Below, piece by piece: positions 1 to 13,427 of a stretch of 64,000 nt of DNA. Both the position numbers and the translations under genes were made by a program. The stretch covers positions 106,084,001-106,148,000 of the forward strand of contig CM059432.1 of assembly GCA_030390025.1 (NCBI GenBank), given 5' to 3'. The notes under the pieces were generated by a model. It did no database searches and was not told where the DNA came from. It saw nothing but the letters and a program-made list of their open reading frames with translations. The DNA comes from Squalus acanthias. Taxonomy: Eukaryota. Each line of letters opens with the position of its first letter. Within the stretch, counting starts at the first letter, position 1.

Positions 1-1039
1 CAGGCAGTGACTAGTGGGGTACCGCAGGGATCGGTCCTAGGACCCCAGCTATTCACAATATATATTAATGATCTAGACGAGGGAATTGGATGTAATATCT
101 CCAAGTTTGCAGACGACACAAAGCTGGGTGGGAGTGTGTGCCGTGAGGAGGATGCAGAGAAACTCCAGTATGATTTGGACAGGTTGGGTGATTGGGCAGA
201 AGCATGGCAGATGCAATATAATGTGGATAAATGCGAGGTTATCCACTTTGGTGTCAAAAACAGGAAGGCAGATTATTATCTGAATGGCAATAGATTGGGA
301 GAAGGGGAAGTGCAACGAGACCTGGGTGTCCTTGTGCACCAGTCGCTGAAGGTAAGCATGCAGGTGCAGCAGGTGGTTAAGGCGGCAAATGGTATGTTGG
401 CCTTCGTAGCGAAAGGGTTCGAGTACAGGAACAAGGATGTCTTGCTGCAGTTGTACAGGGCCTTGGTGAGACCACACCTTGAGTATTGTGTGCAGTTTTG
501 GTCGCCTTATCTGAGGAAGGATGTTCTTGCCATGGAGGGAGTGCAGCGAAGATTCACCAGGCTGATACCTGGGATGGCAGGAATGACGTATGAGGAGAGA
601 TTGGGTCGATTGGGCTTATACTCACTGGAGTTTAGAAGAATGAGAGGGGATCTCATTGAAACTTATAAAATTCTAACAGGACTAGACAGACTAGATGCAG
701 GAAGGATGTTCCCGATGGCTGGGGAGTCCAGAACCAGGGGTCACAGTCTAAGGATAAGGGGTAAGCCATTTAGGACTGAGATGAGGAGGAATTTCTTCAC
801 CCAGAGAGTGGTGAACCTGTGGAATTCTCTACCACAGAAGGCAGTAGAGGCCAATTCATTAAATATATTCAAGAAGGAGTTAGATATATTTCTTAAAGCT
901 AAAGGGATCAAGGGATATGGGGAGAAGGCAGGGACAGGGTACTGAATTTGGATGATCAGCCATGATCTCATTGAATGGCGGGGCAGGCTCGAGGGGCTGA
1001 ATGGCCTACTCCTGCTCCTATCTTCTATGTTTCTATGTT
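1..1039 (+). mobile_element. CR1 LINE 3' part (young subfamily), runs off window start
   Basis: ORF 7..945 with RT motifs GVPQGSVLGP and FADD, CR1 C-terminus, 3' UTR ending in TTCTATGT repeats. Confidence 0.95.
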
Positions 1040-1573
1040 AAGTAATTCCACCAGAGCAGGAGGAACGCCAACGAATTTTGCAGCCAATGTAAATGTATAG
1101 GATAAGACAAAACAACAGGAGAGGGACTCAAGTATGAGGGTGCAAGGAGAGAGAAAGGCAAAGCATTTAGCCTCCTTTCATGGCACATTTCATAATCACC
1201 ATTTTGTGATTTATGTTCATTATCAGATGTGCTGTGATTATATGGGCATTGTAAACTGGGTCTGGAGCAGCACCATTTTTGATGTGCAACTGTTTAAGTT
1301 CTTGCTCTACTAATAGATGAAAGGCTGCATGAAGAAGTCACAAAAGAAAATCGAGTCAAACTGCTAGCAAATTTGCTGGATATGCTAAAACTAAGCTCTT
1401 CAGGTCCTCATATTACATGTCATACTTGTTGAAATGGTCGGTGTAGTTAATCTCGAGTAAAATGGTATCAGTAAATAGCTAATCTCAGGTCAACACAGAG
1501 GCAAGCTATCAAAGTGTAAATAAATGCATTGCCTTATATTTAAACAGGACAAAAACAAAAAGGCTAGGCTTAC

Positions 1574-1706
1574 CGTATTATTTTATCAAGTGTGTCATAG
1601 AGACCATCATAGTCATAATCAAACACGGGACCACTTATGACATTAATTCCATTCCGTTCTGTTGCCAGTTTTTTCACCATTACCTTGTGAAAGTAGTTCC
1701 ACACTT
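1574..1706 (-). CDS. ENPP2: ENPP2 exon (133 nt) (K)[45 protein letters not shown]-hand-like Ca site
   Basis: CAG acceptor, GTAAG donor; DYDYDG motif. Confidence 0.97.
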
Positions 1707-2187
1707 CTGCACAACAGCAATCAGAACAGAAAAATAACAGTTGGTGAAAACAATACAATTCTTAACACAAAGTTCAAATATAACTGACATTACTTAGCAA
1801 CAAAGTGAGCCTCTGTTTACAACAGGCATCTCACAAACACTTAAAAACGCTATTGATATATTTTAATGTAAAAGTAACCTGAACCTGACCACCTACAATT
1901 TGTTGAACACCACAAAAACTACTGAAGGATTGTACAACAGCCAGTTAGCAACAGTTTGATGGGTTTACACATCATCAACTAACATTTTCATGCTGTAATG
2001 TGGCATTAGTAAAGCTACAAACTACACTGCTCTTCACTAGTGTAAGAGGAGCCCAAGATTCCTGTTGCTGGTAGTCCAGTTGATATCATTGGCATGTAGG
2101 GGATAAGTAACAAGTGTTCACAATCTCAAGTGCCCACTAGGACAAGAGAGATTCTGACTCCATCTAGTGGTCAAACTAAAATACTAA

Positions 2188-2948
2188 GGGGGAAAAATTC
2201 AGCTGCTTGCGCCTCCCGTTAGCGCCTTAAGAGGGCGCTAATGGGGCGTAAAGCAGCTAACGCCCGGGCGCAGCGCCGCCCACGCCTCCCGAAAAATTTA
2301 GTGGGAGGTTAGCGGCGGCGGCAGCCGGTAGCGCCCTGTGGCGCTGCGCCGCCGGCGATGACGTCATCGCCATGCGCAGCACCCCGCTCGCGCCCCGGCC
2401 GTGATCTTCAGTCGCGCCCCCTGATTTACCGCCAGACGCTATGTCCGACGGGTTCAGGGAGGCGTACGTGCGGCCGGGGCGGCGATATTTAAAGGGGAGG
2501 TGGCAGGCGGCCATTTTTGTTGCTGGCCGCCTGCCAGCACCTGCCCCCGTTGCTGTCCCCGGCCCCCGTGAAGCCCCCCCACCGTGAAGTGCCGGCTGCG
2601 CTCCAAGAGCCCGGCACTTCTCTTGAGTGCCGGGCTCTTTTGCCGGCACTCCCGATCCCTGGGGGCCCAGCTGGGCCCCGGTTCGCGCTGCGCAGGGTCC
2701 CTCCCCTTTAAGAAGGGGAGGAAGGCCTGCAATACCGCGGCGCGACGTGGCGCTGCGGCACGTAGCGCCAGGATATTCACTCGCAGCGCCCCAAGAGGGA
2801 TGCGGGGTGCTTCCAGTGGCGCCCCGCTTCCCTCTTGGGGCGCAACCACTGAAGTTCCGGCGCGGGGCCGCTAATTTTTTCGGGGCGCTAAAAGTCGCGC
2901 CCCGGCGAGGTTAGCGCCCCAAATGGGGCGCGACTCAATTTTTACCCC
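2188..2948. mobile_element. PIF/Harbinger-type non-autonomous element (MITE family A), GC-rich
   Basis: TIRs GGGGGAAAAATT / GGGGTAAAAATT, TAA TSD on both sides, repeated subterminal TTAGCGCC motifs; homologous copy at 10814. Confidence 0.85.
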
Positions 2949-3037
2949 TAAGTCCTTAATAACAGAAATGTGGAACGAAGATTCTGCTACTTCACCATTT
3001 TTCTTTTTTGACTTCACAAGCACTAATGAATACTCAC

Positions 3038-3115
3038 TTTTAAAAGCGGGATACATTGGAACAATATTTGAAGTTAGAAGGGCATCATATTTAGCATCAA
3101 GTGAGGAACCAAGGG
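3038..3115 (-). CDS. ENPP2: ENPP2 exon (78 nt) (T)LGSSLDAKYDALLTSNIVPMYPAFK
   Basis: CAG acceptor, GTGAG donor. Confidence 0.96.
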
Positions 3116-3644
3116 CTGCAAAATAAGAAAAAAAAGGACTAAAATTGATCTGTTGGGAATTACATTGAAGTATATTCTGTTCTTACAGATCTATTTTTTA
3201 GAAATAAAACAATTTTATTGCGTATCTTTATACAAAATGTACACAGTCTAGTATTTAAAAGCTCATATTTAAAAATAAATAAAGCATGACAATTATCCAA
3301 TGAGATATTCCATCCATTTTGAAATATATCCTTCTTTGCCAAAAAAATCATAATTCCAAGGATGATTGGTGAGGCAGGGGGAGGGGGGATTGTATTTATG
3401 ATTTTTCAAAAAATACCAACCAGAGGAAATCATTTCAAAGTCATTTATGATGTCACTACACATTGTAACCAAATTCTTCCCGACTGGTGGCTGCAATGCC
3501 AAGCAAACATTCGGTGATCTGAGTTTCAATCCCAGTCACACATTTGCACTCAGTTTCCCGAGAGGGAAAGATTCGTCAGTCTCAGTTTGATTATTTGCAT
3601 AAAGAAGGAGTTTTTTTCCCTTCTGGCAGTGTCAGGAGCCTCGG

Positions 3645-3960
3645 TCATGAGGGACAATTGGAGAAACCTGGATTCTTTGGTCTTGAAAAGCGATGGCTAA
3701 GAGGGGGCCTGAAAGTCATATAAAGTAGTGAGTCGTATGGAAAAGTAAACCTGCTAAACCTGGCGTGACAAAGGAGCACAGGTTCAAACTGGCAAAAGGC
3801 AAATGTAGAATTGATACCAATTAGGTTTTTTTTACACACAAAAGGGCAAGTGAAGGCAGAAACCTTGGAATTCTTTAAGAAACAGTTGAAGGAGGTGATG
3901 GAGCCCTGCAGGTTCTTGTTTCTGTCTGAATAGATGAACAAGGGTGGATCAAATGATCTG
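3645..3960 (+). mobile_element. old degenerate CR1 3' fragment
   Basis: Decayed similarity to the CR1 ORF2 C-terminal segment; boundaries approximate. Confidence 0.6.
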
Positions 3961-4211
3961 CCTCATTGTATCTATCTTCTAGTCTTATGAATAAAATGTT
4001 GCACAAAACATTATTTAGTTTGAAATTGGGTGAGAAATTAGAAGTGCCCAAATTGGAAGCAAAACACTCACATGATGGCACATCAAATTAAAATCAAACT
4101 GTCATTTAAATTATCTACTTACTCAAATACTTTAATATTGTAGCAAACCATTATAAATGTTCTCCTCTTTTCTAATCTGATACTTAAGTATTCCAATACT
4201 CAAATGTTATA

Positions 4212-4352
4212 GAGCTAGATTGGCATTTTCACTGCCTGGGCAGTAATCTGGCGGAGAGAATCATCCATCCTTTATAGAACCCACCTGATTTTCATTCCAT
4301 TGAGTCAATCGGTCAGGTTACCGCCCATTCGGTGAAGACAAAAATCTACCCC
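4212..4352. mobile_element. short old MITE; related copies at about 10381-10550 and 61178-61315
   Basis: Shared CCTGGGCAGTAATCTGGC and GTGAAGAC..AAATCTACCC motifs, imperfect palindromy. Confidence 0.55.
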
Positions 4353-6469
4353 ATTGTCTCTCATTCTAAATCAGTAAGGGAAATCGAGATTGAAATTGCC
4401 AGTTCTGGGATAAGGCCTCCATTCAAATATTGGGCAAAATAATCATACAGCATATTTTTAACTCCCCGGTCTTCTGCTATCTAACTGTCTACCTGTGAAG
4501 AGGATCAATTGTTTAAAATGCCGCTTGCATGCTTTACATTTTACTGCTAAGCTTTAGTTGTTCTTCCATTACAAAGTTCTGACAGTAAAAGGTAACAATT
4601 CAGTATTATGAAGATCACCTATAAAAAGGACCAAAGTAGTTATCAGGATTTTTAATTTCATTTATTATATTTAGATTTATCATTGAATTTTTATGCCCAT
4701 CAAGATAAGGGGTGTCGGTGCTCGGAATAGAACTTTTATTCATTTTGAATGTTAGCATCAAGTGTTCCCAGGCCAGGCAAAGGTTTCCATTACTCTGTCG
4801 AAAACTGTGCACCAATGCCAACCTCACAAGACCATCCCCAATTACCCACTTTCCACATCACCCATCCTTCCAGCCTATCTTATTTTATGTTTCATTCACC
4901 AGCAGACCAGAAGAAATTGTAACAAAACCACAGTAAAAGAGGGCAAGCAAGTGACAAAAGAGTTGGGAATATTCAGGAGATGGGATTTGACAGTGAAATC
5001 AACCTGCCAGCTTCTATTAGCTGAGATTGATGTGCTGCAATCTCGAACCAAGAGTCAAAGTGAGTTTGGGGGAAGTGGCAATTGAAAAACAGTTCAAGTA
5101 AAAAATTGGATTCAGGTAAATCCAGTATCAATTTTTCACCATAAAGGAATTATCCTTAGCACATTTGAAATGCTCGGTGATGTGCTATTTACTAAATTAA
5201 CTAACACTCAGGGACAGAAAGTAGACCTTGTATTCACATTACAATTCAGGAGCTCTTAAAGTAAAATCCATACTCTGGGAAGTTAAAAGCTGATTGGTGA
5301 AAAGCTCAACTTTGTTCCAGTCAGTAAATTAAATTAAAGCCTTTCATTTAAACTGTGTCTGATGGTGCAGAGCATTGGTACGCTATGGTACTGTGTGGCA
5401 CAAGTGGGGTCACTTCCAATAATTCTCATGTGGTGCATTCTAGATCTCAAATCCAGCTGTCAGGGGAGGTGCAGTGGAAAGGAGCGGTCGTTCTTGGGGA
5501 GGGGGACGGTGGGGTTGGACCTGGTGCAGCAGCGGTCCAGGTTATTTTTGTGGGGCCAGAAGGAGCAGGGGTACTTATCTTTGGGCTCCTGTTCAGCTGG
5601 ACCGAGTGTACGCTCCATCCAGTTGAGTTTTAAAATGTCATTGGAGTGAATGTGATTTAATGGAACCTGAGGTAAATACCTAAATTAGCCGTGCACTTGC
5701 TTTAGGTGGCTGCCTGGGCGCCTATACCGAGGACCCTGGCAAAATAGCGATGGTAGGAACGGGGCAGCAAGTTCTTACCTGCCATTTTCAAGGAGTTGCC
5801 ATCCCGTTCCCGCTAGGCAGGAGGCCTCAAAATCTCCCCTCGAGAGCATTTCCACCTGCCCTGATATCTAGGTAATGCATTATAGTCTACCCAAGATAAC
5901 GAACAGAGAATCCTTTTTAGATTACTTCAAGTATTGGCTCTATCCCAGGGGATCCTCCTCGTCTTTTAGAAGCTGCCAGATAATATTACACTACATCTTG
6001 TTTTGGGCTTTAACTACCAAAAACATTTATTAAACAGTAATAGAACAAGCAAACGCAGTCATAACAAAACCTAAATTTTTACAGTCGTTGTTAAATTTTG
6101 CTAATTCTTCATATAGTGCAAAATAACAAATAGTTTGCAATTTTTGTGCTAAACCTTTGCTATAATTGCTTTTTTATATATAATGGTTCTTTAATCCCTT
6201 TTTCAACAACTATGGAAATTGTCGGGTGTAGCTAATTCTCTTCAGACAATCTTACTTCAAATGTTCCAGATCAAGCTCACTAATTTGAAACATGCAGGCT
6301 GATAATTACCTCCAAAGTGGTGGCTGAAGCTTCATGAATTTATACAATTGTCTGCTAAATTCAAAGGAGCTTCCAACCAAACACACAGTTGAACAAATCA
6401 TAGAGAAATTTGTAATTTTCCTCAGTCATTAATTTTTCAGCCAAAGCAACAGATTTTTGCAACAAAGAA

Positions 6470-6553
6470 AGACTTGCACTTATATAACCTCAGGACATCC
6501 CAAAGTGCTTTACAGCCCATTAAGTACTTCTGACGTAGAGTCACTGTTGTAAT
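6470..6553 (-). mobile_element. Deu-type SINE 3' fragment
   Basis: Matches the start (3' tail) of the copy at 11869. Confidence 0.65.
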
Positions 6554-6831
6554 AAACTGAGCTGGAGAATTCTTCTGTCAGTAAAGCAGTTTTAAACCTA
6601 TTATGAAGGATAACAGAATCAAAGAAGTCAATACCAATCTAAATATTAGACATAAAATTTAAATTTTTGTCTACAAGATCACGTCACTTTTGGTCAGGGA
6701 ACGATGTGAACTGGGGTGAAGGGAGTCAGAACTTCAGATAAGCAGATTTACTGAAATAAAATGTTTTGCGTTATATTGTCTAAATCTATCAATTCATCTT
6801 CATAAAGGTTATAGAAAACAAATTAACTTAC

Positions 6832-6967
6832 TGGGAGGATAAAGAAACCCATATGAAATTTGTCTGTCTGCTCTATAAGCTGAACAACTTTGACTGTGAC
6901 TTGCAGAGATGCGTATATCAGGTCTCACACAGTTACTCAGAAAGTCTGGAAGGTTAAAGAGCTCCAC
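6832..6967 (-). CDS. ENPP2: ENPP2 exon (136 nt) VELFNLPDFLSNCVRPDIRISASHSQSCSAYRADRQISYGFLYPP
   Basis: CAG acceptor, GTAAG donor. Confidence 0.96.
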
Positions 6968-7137
6968 CTGCATTTGATGTAAAAGGCTCTGTTATAATAA
7001 TACCAATGAGTCTCTCAACTTTGCGAGGTAATTTTAAGCGTTTTTCTTCTGGTAAAATAAGCATTTAGAAAAAAACTTTCAGCAATTTATTTTGATCATC
7101 ATGCAATAGTAACAGATCATAGAAATTACAATATATT

Positions 7138-8314
7138 GGGGCTGAAAATGAGCAGCTCTTCTGGTGCACTATTGCCATAAGTCCAACAGGAGTGTGACAG
7201 AACAGCCAGAAATTAGGCCAGGACCCTGATGTGTTGGGCCTTGTTTATGGCGGAATCAGTCCACCCCAAACATGGTCCCCTGTGCAAGAGGCAGGGTGGC
7301 CGGGAGAAGGGACTCCCAATCCAGAGGTTTCCTCACCCCTGGCTTTGTGGAAGAGCAGCATAGTGATACACAAAATAAAACCAGTGGTACCAGCCAGCTA
7401 GCTGGTGGGACTAAAAGCCCTCCTCAGGATCCAGACCTGGGTAGTTCTTTATTTTGGCCTTTATTGCAAGGGTGTTGGAGTACAAGAGTAACGAAGTCTT
7501 GCTACAATTGTACAGGGCTTTGGTGAGACCACACCGGGAGTACTATGCACAGTTTTGGTCTCCTTATCTAAGAAAGGACATACATGCCTTAGAGGCGGTG
7601 CAACGAAGATTCACTAGATTGATCCCTGGGATGAAAGGGTTGTTCTACGAGGAGAGATTGAGTAGACTAGGCCTATACTCTCTGGAGTTTAGAAGAATGA
7701 AAGGTGATCTCATTGAAACATACAAGATTCTGAGGGGGATTGACAGGGTAGATGCTGAGAGGTTGTTTCTCCTGGCTGGAGAGTTTAGAACTAAGGGGCA
7801 TAGTCTCAGGATAAGGGGTCGGCCATTTAAGACTGAGATGAGGAGGAATTGCTTCACTCAGAGGGTTGTGAATCTTTGAAATTCTCTACCCCAAAGGGCT
7901 GTGGTTGCTGAGTTATTGAGCATATTCAAGGCTGAGATGGATAGATTTTTGGACTCTAGGGGAATCAAGGGATAAGGGGATCGGGCAGGAAAGTGGAGTT
8001 GAGGTAGAAGATCAGCCATGATCTTATTGAATGGCGGAGCAGGCTTGAAGGACCATATGGCCTACTCCTGCTCCTAATTCTTATGTTCTTATCTCCCCAC
8101 CCACCCACCCCACTGGATCGGGCACCCTACACCAGAACGTCTGGCCTTCTTGGTCAGGCGGACATCCAAAATATGCCCCTCGAGGACAGAGAGCCCCCCC
8201 CCAAGCATATTTAAATGAGGTGAGCTCCCCTGATCATTCATACTTTGGCAGGGTCAGTGCCGGAGGTACAGGTGGGCACAACCAAGATGTTGGGCCGGAC
8301 AAATTTTCAGCCCC
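7138..8314. mobile_element. Harbinger-type MITE containing a nested CR1 fragment
   Basis: Perfect 12-bp TIR GGGGCTGAAAAT, ATT TSD at 7135-7137 and 8315-8317. Confidence 0.8.
7454..8092 (+). mobile_element. 5'-truncated CR1 3' end
   Basis: ORF 7454..7879 CR1 C-terminal peptide; TTCTTATG tail. Confidence 0.92.
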
Positions 8315-8699
8315 ATTGGCTCAAATGCATCACCCATCATAAAAGCTTAAAATAAGTCATTTTCTAGCTATTACGATACTGGCTATATTGTACAAATTGA
8401 GACTGTTGTAAAAACTCAAACAAACACTTGAACTTCTCTCTGGAAGTAAAATCTGGGTAGAATGATATATGTTTACCTCTGATTGAGTAATAATTTGCAG
8501 TGCTTCTTCCCCACCGCCCCCCAGCCCCCAAACCTCCCCCAACATTTACTGAGTTTAGTGTTCATCAAGGTGAAGGGTTTTAGTGTTAGGGAATAAAGCA
8601 CTTTTCTATTTCAGGCATGCAGTGTCAACATCAAGGCCACCCAAACCAGGTATCACTTGCACCACTTGACAAATACTTATTAAACTTCTGAGCACAAAC

Positions 8700-8839
8700 C
8701 TGTTTAGGAACCGTGTACGAAGTCCACAGTGGCATTGAGAAGGTTTCACTATATCCACTTATATAACCTTGATGATGTAAGATATAGTACTTAGTACGAA
8801 AGAGAACAGCAGGACGACCATAAAGTAGATTCTTGTTTT
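8700..8839 (-). CDS. ENPP2: ENPP2 exon (140 nt) (E)NKNLLYGRPAVLFRTKYYILHHQGYISGYSETFSMPLWTSYTVPKQ
   Basis: CAG acceptor, GTTTGT donor. Confidence 0.96.
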
Positions 8840-10813
8840 CTGAAGGGGAAACCAAAGACAATGTTTAAATAAGGATAGATAAATACAGAAGTTACATAGC
8901 AGCAGAAGTCAATCAACCAGGCTTTCATAAACAGAAGGGTAAATTCAGCACTCCCTTGCTTCCTGGGGGCATGGGGGGGGAACCCCATGCTTGAAGGTAA
9001 AAAGAGTAGCATAAAGTGAGGTTATTATTTGGTTTACAACCCTAAACTATCTCATGCACCAAGGCTGTTGAAAAATCTCAAGCAGCTTGCGGCAGCAATC
9101 AGAACAGCAAGATTCTGTTATTTTCAATAACAACAACTTACATTCATATAGCGCCTTAAATATAGAAAAAAATCCCAAGGCACGTCACAGAAGCATGAGA
9201 AAAATGGGTGCTGAGTCAAAGAAGGAAAGTTTAGGAAGGGTGACCGAAAACTTGATCAAAATTGTGGGTTTTAATGTTCGGGCAAAGAGGGGAGAATGCA
9301 CAAGTGGCCAAAGTCAGAGAAACAGTGAATTCGAGGGCGGGGGTCCAGCCTGGGTCAGTGCCCGGATGGGTGATGGAATTGGGTGCAAAGTTGTTGCATG
9401 GATAAATACAACAGCCTCAGTTTTCCCAATGTTTCACATCCAGCTGCTGTTTTGTGTATTATACACACATTCTTAGATATCTCATGGTGTTGCTCAAGGT
9501 CCTTTATCTTTGGTTTGCTGCAAGTAAAATAGCAGCAAAACAGAACTAATCAACAATGTGAGAGGGAAAGTACAACAGAGTGTGTGGGGGCAAAGTATTA
9601 ATGACATAAGTATGATGTTTACAGAAAGGGTGGATATAGACAAGACCTTTGAAATATTATTGAAATTGAAATTTGGCCAGGCAGGCATGCTAAATTTACT
9701 GCAGCAGAGCTGGGGAGTGGAGCCAAAAAGCATGGAAGGACTGGAAGCAGGGCAGAGCCGTGAAGGACTATGGTTTATAGGCATCTTAAATTTAACAGGT
9801 ATAGGCCAGACGCAAAGCATGTAGCAGGGCCAGCAGGCTTGCAGAAGCTGTCTAAAATAATTCACGGTGAGGACTAAGTTGGGACAGACCTGGGAGCAGG
9901 GCCAAGGCCAAAGGTTTTTGGGCCAGTAAACATTCAGGAAGCGGGGCACAAGGCTCATTGAGCCCAGGCATTCATTTTAAATTAAAAATCCACGTGTGCG
10001 GAAGTTGAGTAAGAACAGGATCAGGGTCAGCTCTGACGGTCCCCACAATTGAATAGCCACCATCAAGGCTCACATGTCAGTAATGGTTATTTGAGCAATG
10101 TATCAGAAGGTAACCATTGGCTGTGGTACAGTACCCAGCAAGGAGTCAACACCCTCAAAAGCAAAGCCAAGAGGAGGAGAGAAAATTGGTAGAAATAAAT
10201 TGCCAAGAGGAAAACAAATGAAGGCAAAACTCAGAAACTTTTCCGAGACGCCCCCCCCACCCACCCCCGCACAAAGAAATCAAGCAAAAGCTTCAAGATA
10301 TCAATCTAAGATTATAGTCAACACTGACCAGTTGCATTCCACACATGAAACTCTCATGGTTGCAGCAGGATTAGAATCATAGGGATAAATTTTCATCTTC
10401 ACAACCTGGGCAGTAATCTGGCAGAGGCCAAACGTTATCCATATGATTCCAAGCCTGTCGAATGGGATGAAAATCGGGCAGGCTCTGTAATGGGTGGGCG
10501 AGCCACTCTGCCAGATTACCACTCATGCGGTGAAAGTGAAAATTTGCACCAAAGTGTTCCACAGACCTTTCAGTCACCTGTAATTATCTCTAGAGCCTTC
10601 AATCTTCAATTCTATTCTTAACCAAATATCATTCAGCCTCTTTTTTTAAAAAGGGGGGTGAGGATGCGAGAGAATTGAGATGATGCACCTCAAAGAGATG
10701 AAGAAAAATGTTACAGCACTTTTTTGTGACGAGGGATGGAAATGTTGATACTTTCAGTATCAAAAGAGATTGCAATCACAGCTTCTATGCAGACAGCATG
10801 CAACAAAAACTGA

Positions 10814-11536
10814 GGCCTAAAAATTCGGTTGCTTTGCGCCTCCCGTTAGCGCCCGAAGAGGGCGCTAACGGGGCACAAAGCAACTAGCGCCTGGGCGCAG
10901 CGCCGTCAATGCCTCCCACGAAATTCAGCAGGAGGTTAGCGGCGGCGGTAACTGTTAGCGCCCCGCAGCGCTGCGCCACCAGCGATGACGTCATCGCCAT
11001 GCGCAGCACCCCGTTCGCGATTTTCGGTAGCGCCCCCTTCTTACCGCCGGACGCTATGTCCGATGGGGTCAGTGGGGCCTACCTGTGGCCGGGGTGGCGC
11101 AAATTAAAAGGAAGGTGCCGAGCGGCCATTTTTGTTGCTGGCCGCCTGCTAGCACCTGCCCCCTCTGCTGTCCCCGGCCTCTTCTGCAGCCGCCCTGCGG
11201 AGTGCCGGCTGTGCTCCGTGAGCCCGGCACTTCTCTTGAGTGCCGGACTCTTTTGCCGGCACTCCGATCCCTGGTGGGCCCCGGGTCGCGCTGCGCTAGG
11301 CCCCTCCCCTTTAATAAGGGGAAGGCCTGCAGTACTGTGGCGCTGCGGCACGTACTGCCTTGATATTCACTCGCAGCGCCCCAAGAGCGAGGCGGGGCGC
11401 TTCCAGTAGCACCCCGCCTCCCTCTTGAGGCACTACCGGTGAATTTCAGCCGTGGGGGCGCTAATTTTTTCGGGGCGCTAAAAGTAGCGACCCGGCGAAG
11501 TTAGCGCCCCAAAGGGGGCGACCCAATTTTTCCCCA
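10814..11536. mobile_element. Harbinger-type MITE family A, second copy
   Basis: Colinear with 2188-2948; degenerate TIRs and TSD (tga/aga). Confidence 0.85.
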
Positions 11537-11694
11537 AGATCCCAAACAAATTTGCAATGTTACAATTTGCAAATGTTATTACGCGCATGAATAATGATAT
11601 GAGATACTTTCATAAATAGGTCCTTTTTAATCAGTTTCATAAAAATACAAAATAGTATTGAAATTTAATGTACTTACAATTCTAAAAGACATAC

Positions 11695-11743
11695 CTTCTG
11701 TTCCCCTGTGCTGCAGACGTTTGTTCAGGTCATCTCCTTTATT
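11695..11743 (-). CDS. ENPP2: ENPP2 exon (49 nt) NKGDDLNKRLQHRGTE
   Basis: TAG acceptor, GTATG donor; matches NKLDELNKRLHTKGSTE. Confidence 0.93.
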
Positions 11744-11868
11744 CTAAAATAAGTAAGATAAATTTATAAAGACAATGAATCTGTAGATTTTAATATATTA
11801 ACAAATCTGCTTATGAGGTTATGTTACACTTCTGAGAGTTGGATTAAACTTAAACTGCAATACAATAA

Positions 11869-12333
11869 AGAAAGACTTGCATTTCTATAGCACCTTTCAC
11901 AACCACTGGATGTCCCAAAGCGTTTTACAGCCAATGAAGTATTTTTGAAGTGTCGTTACTGTTGTAATGTAGGAAACGCAGCAGCCAATTTGCGCACAGC
12001 AAACTCCCGCAAACAGCAATGTGATAACAACCAGATAATCTGTTTTAGTGATGTTAATTGAGGGATAAATATTGGCCAGGACACCGGGGATAACTCCCCT
12101 GCTCTTCTTCAAAATAGTGCCATGGGATCTTTTACGCCCACCTGAGAGAGTAGACGGGGCCTCAGTTTAACGTCTCATCGGAAAGACAGCACCTCCGACA
12201 GTGCAGAGCTCCCTCAGCACTGCACTGGAGTGTCAACCTAGATTTTCATCCTCAACTCTCTGGAGTGGGACTTGAACCCACAACATTCTGACTCAGAGGC
12301 GAGGGTGCTTCTAACTGAGCCACTGGCTGACAC
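11869..12333 (-). mobile_element. near full-length tRNA-derived Deu-domain SINE (SacSINE1/AmnSINE-like)
   Basis: On minus strand A-box TGGCTCAGTTAG and B-box GGTTCAAGTCCC, then a central domain repeated elsewhere in the window; family name from memory. Confidence 0.8.
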
Positions 12334-12378
12334 ACAATGTCAGCACTACATAGAGAAAGAATCAAAGGCAAACATTTC

Positions 12379-13054
12379 AGCCCCGATTTTAACTCAAGGT
12401 GGGAGTGCAGCGTGCGGGGGTCAAGATAGAAGGGAAGCATGACATGATGGCACCAGCGAGAAGTTATTTTAACTCCCGGGCCTCATTTAAACATGGGAAC
12501 AGTGACTCCAGCCTGAACCTGGTGGGAATGGTGTGGAGGCCAGTGGGCTGAAGCGGAATTTCGGATGGCAGGAGGCCGCCACCGGGGACCAGAGGTTACG
12601 GTCCCCCAAGCATACGGTTCAGTTGGGGGGGGGGGGGGGGGGGGTTCTGAGACGATCATGGTCAGGAGAGGGATTGAGAAGCCCAAAGGGCAGGGGAGTC
12701 CCAATGTTTCCTTTTGGGTCTTGCTCCTCCTGTCCCACAAGGAAACCATTAAAAAAATGGTTTAAACTAACTTATATGGGTTTCTTCTGGTCACAATTCT
12801 GCCTACCACTAGCTTTCACTGGCGGTTCTGGCACTGGTCATCGCAGATCCCAAATTAAAATCACATTGGGATCAAAATGACATCATTGGACCCTGACATT
12901 TCAATATTAACGAGGCCCTTGCCTGCCTGAGGAGCCAGTTAAAATGGTGGCGGCAGGCGCAGCGAGTCGGGAACACAGCGAGTAGCACCACTCCGCCATT
13001 TTAGCCACTTGTCCTCACCATTCCCACCAGGCAGGTGGGGTTAAAATCAAGGCT
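12379..13054. mobile_element. Harbinger-type MITE
   Basis: TIRs AGCCCCGATTTTAAC / AGCCTTGATTTTAAC, TTC TSD on both sides. Confidence 0.75.
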
Positions 13055-13257
13055 TTCATTTCTGCGAAAGGTAAAACAATAGCAGTTTTGAATGAATGAA
13101 GAAATGGAAGATTTTGCCTCTAATAGATTGTTAGTCCAGGTAACATCCAAAACTGCATAGGGAACATTTTTATGTCAAAGTCATTGACCAAGTTAAATAT
13201 TATCTCAGCAACTCATAATGAGCAAATGGTTGGAAAATGTAAACATTATTTTCTAAC

Positions 13258-13427
13258 CCTCTCATCACATGTGCAGCCCAAATCATCCTGGACTGCTGAA
13301 GCAGCTGCAATATGGGACGGCTTAGCCACTTCATCTGGCATAGACGGCCTGTATGAGGGGTTCCGCAAAAGATGGTTCATACTGCCATGGGTTCCATTAT
13401 TAGGAGCTGGTTTCAGTCCAAGAAGGT
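13258..13427 (-). CDS. ENPP2: ENPP2 exon (170 nt) (D)[56 protein letters not shown]
   Basis: CAG acceptor, GTTAG donor; NGT glycosylation sequon. Confidence 0.96.

Noticed and set aside
73..477. Recurrent 134-142 aa antisense ORFs in CR1 copies
   Set aside because: Shadow frames of ORF2, repeated only because the copies are near-identical.
2257..2914. Cluster of overlapping GC-rich ORFs (also 10909-11409 and 36318-37166)
   Set aside because: They lie within MITEs, are not conserved in frame between the two family A copies, and reflect GC content.
8840..11694. Homolog of the ATX-gamma alternative exon
   Set aside because: Candidate acceptors examined (e.g. TTTTACTTGCAG near 9520) lead to in-frame stops; none supportable.
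12260..12330. Possible tRNA gene
   Set aside because: A and B boxes belong to a SINE head that continues into the SINE body.
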